Program-made: the position numbers and the translations under genes | IMG/VR virus record: IMGVR_UViG_3300010266_000139 | Location: 1-13,645 of that record | Reading direction: 5' to 3' (one strand) | Length of the DNA stretch: 13,645 bases | Origin: a virus | Notes under the pieces: model-generated | The model's database searches: none | What the model was told of the DNA's origin: nothing | What the model saw: the letters and a program-made list of their open reading frames with translations, nothing else | Part shown: piece after piece, positions 12,050-13,645 of the stretch | Layout: each line of letters opens with the position of its first letter | Position numbering within the stretch: the stretch's first letter is position 1

Positions 12050-13645
12050 ATGAGTTTACCGCATGAATTAGAAGAACTCAAGAGCTTACCGCAATGGGTA
12101 TGCTATCAAAACCAATGGAACGAGAAAAAGCAGAAAAACAGCAAGATACCGAAGAACCCGGCGACCGGCTACGGCGCAAAGGCGAACGACCCGGCGACGT
12201 GGGCGACCTATGCCGAAGCTGTAGAAGCCGCCCGCCGCTTTCATTTTGACGGCGTGGGCTTTGAATTTGCAGCCGGGTATATGGGTATTGACCTTGACAA
12301 CGTAATAGGCGCAGACGGCAATATAAACGCTGTAGCAGCCGAAATTGTAGCGACGATAGACAGCTACACCGAGTACAGCCCGAGCGGTAAAGGCTTGCAT
12401 ATCCTTTGCAAGTGCCCCGGGGCAAAGCCTATAGGAAGCCGCAACGATGCAATAGGCTTAGAGATGTACAACAATGGGCGTTTCTTCACAGTAACCGGCA
12501 AGCCCTACGGCGCAGCTAAGCCGATACAGGAACGCACAGAGCAAGTAAAAGCGGTTTATATGAAGTATCTGTATAAGCCGCCTAAAGAGCAGCCAAAGGC
12601 GCAGACCGGCACGGGCTCTAATCCTGTGGGCTCATATAAGGACACCGGCACAGATGCGGAATTGTGGCAAAAGATGTTTAGCAGCGCAAAGGGGCGGGAA
12701 ATACAAGCCCTTTACAGCGGCGATATATCCGGGCATGATAACGACCACAGCAGAGCAGACCAAGCCTTAGCAAATCATTTAGCTTACTGGACTAATAACG
12801 ACGCTGCACGCATTGACCGAATGTTTAGGCAATCGGGATTGATGCGCCCGAAATGGGAACAAAAGCGGGGGGCGCAGACCTACGGCGCAAAGACCATAGC
12901 GGCGGCAATCGCAAACACGCCGACTTATACCCCGCCTGTTAGGGCTACAGCGCAAGAAGATTTTGCAGAAAGAGGGGCAAGGGCAATGCAGCCGCAAGAA
13001 AGAGAAATTGCGCCGGCGCAACCGGCACAGGAAAAGAAACCGCCCGAGAATATCCGGGAATACATCAAAAACAGCTTAAAAGGCGACTTAGAACGCTTTC
13101 AGAGCTTCAAAGACCGCAAAACCGGCTTTAGCAATATAGACGAAATAACGAGCCTTTACCCGGGCTTATACGTCTTAGGGGCTATAAGCAGCTTAGGCAA
13201 AACGACCTTTGCACACCAATTAGGCGACCAATTAGCAAAGGCGGGCGACCATGTTTTATATTTCAGCTTAGAGCAAACCCGGCTTGAAATGGTTACAAAG
13301 GGGCTTGCCCGGATAACGGCGCAGCAATCCGAGCGCAGCGACTTTGCAACGGCGGTAAGTGCTATAGAGATACGCCGGGGCAATATAACGGATGCCGTAA
13401 AAGAAGCTGTAAGAACCTATGCCGATTTTGCAGAGCATGAAACCGTTATAGAATGTTCTTTCGATACGACCATAGACACGATTACAGGCACGGTAAAGGA
13501 CTATATAAAGCAGACCGGCACAAAGCCCGTTGTTATCGTGGACTATTTGCAGATTATCCGACCTATTGACCCTAAGCAGAACACAAAAGACGCTGTAGAC
13601 GGGCATGTAAGAGCCTTAAAGAAGCTGCAAACAGATAACGACTTA
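12050..13645 (+). CDS. Primase-polymerase / PriCT-like / DnaB-RepA-like helicase fusion, N-terminal ~530 codons. The ORF is open to the window edge and continues at 1-489, giving about 653 aa in total.
   Basis: My own translation from the ATG at 12050 (AGGAG 7 nt upstream) has no stop before the window end. It shows AEP prim-pol motifs GIDLD and SPSGKGLHIL, then a PriCT-like segment HSRADQALANHLAYWTNNDAARIDRMFRQSGLMRPKW, then Walker A GAISSLGKTT and a Walker B-like VVIVDYLQ. It is missing from the ORF track only because it has no in-window stop. Confidence 0.85.
   Translation, partial: MSLPHELEELKSLPQWVCYQNQWNEKKQKNSKIPKNPATGYGAKANDPATWATYAEAVEAARRFHFDGVGFEFAAGYMGIDLDNVIGADGNINAVAAEIVATIDSYTEYSPSGKGLHILCKCPGAKPIGSRNDAIGLEMYNNGRFFTVTGKPYGAAKPIQERTEQVKAVYMKYLYKPPKEQPKAQTGTGSNPVGSYKDTGTDAELWQKMFSSAKGREIQALYSGDISGHDNDHSRADQALANHLAYWTNNDAARIDRMFRQSGLMRPKWEQKRGAQTYGAKTIAAAIANTPTYTPPVRATAQEDFAERGARAMQPQEREIAPAQPAQEKKPPENIREYIKNSLKGDLERFQSFKDRKTGFSNIDEITSLYPGLYVLGAISSLGKTTFAHQLGDQLAKAGDHVLYFSLEQTRLEMVTKGLARITAQQSERSDFATAVSAIEIRRGNITDAVKEAVRTYADFAEHETVIECSFDTTIDTITGTVKDYIKQTGTKPVVIVDYLQIIRPIDPKQNTKDAVDGHVRALKKLQTDNDL
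13523..13645 (+). repeat. Right copy of the exact 123-bp terminal overlap
   Basis: Identical to 1-123. It lies inside the helicase domain coding sequence and keeps the reading frame (13523 and 12050 are in the same phase). Confidence 0.95.

Larger units (their letters stand above)
1..13522. mobile_element. One full unit of a circular ~13.5-kb phage-satellite-like / plasmid-like element (tail-less HK97-type head and packaging genes plus replication and partition genes)
   Basis: Bases 1-123 are identical to 13523-13645. The ORF leaving the right edge continues in frame at base 1. All genes are co-oriented. Gene content is listed in the features below. Confidence 0.75.

Noticed and set aside
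1170-13606. About 25 minus-strand ORFs of 60-156 aa (for example 6310-6780, 12078-12425 and 13268-13606)
   Set aside because: Every one lies antisense inside a confidently assigned + strand gene. None has a convincing RBS, and their translations are Cys/Arg/Ser/Leu-rich and low in complexity, as expected from antisense reading of coding DNA. I treat them as non-coding.

Overview
The window holds one complete, circularly permuted genetic element. Bases 1-123 are identical to 13523-13645. A long + strand ORF that runs off the right edge continues in frame at base 1, so the unit length is 13,522 bp. All 17 credible genes are on the + strand, tightly packed, with five ATGA stop/start overlaps and only about 1.3 kb of non-coding DNA.

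The content falls into three groups:
- (i) A full HK97-type head-building and cos-type packaging set: portal, S78/U35 prohead protease, major capsid protein, gp6/SPP1-gp15-like connector, SPP1-gp16-like head-closure protein, HNH endonuclease, and small and large terminase.
- (ii) Plasmid-style maintenance: ParA with a small RHH-like partner, a putative Rep followed by 4 x 22-bp iterons and an AT-rich repeat block, and a prim-pol/DnaB-like helicase fusion.
- (iii) A minimal tyrosine recombinase and an excisionase-family HTH.

I see no tail, tail-assembly, lysis or CI/Cro-type genes, and there is no room for them. My best reading is a tail-less, capsid-forming, phage-satellite-like element (the logic of cf-PICIs) that carries plasmid partition and iteron replication functions and was assembled as a circle.

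Other sequence-level signals:
- a conserved promoter/operator box at every operon start;
- a strongly over-represented, strand-oriented 11-12-mer (TGARCCCACAGR, 9 copies);
- a 350-bp GC-rich, repeat-containing non-coding region upstream of terS, a candidate for cos or attP;
- two small genes of unknown role sitting in unusual places.

All functional calls rest on motifs I recognise by eye in the translations. No database search was run.
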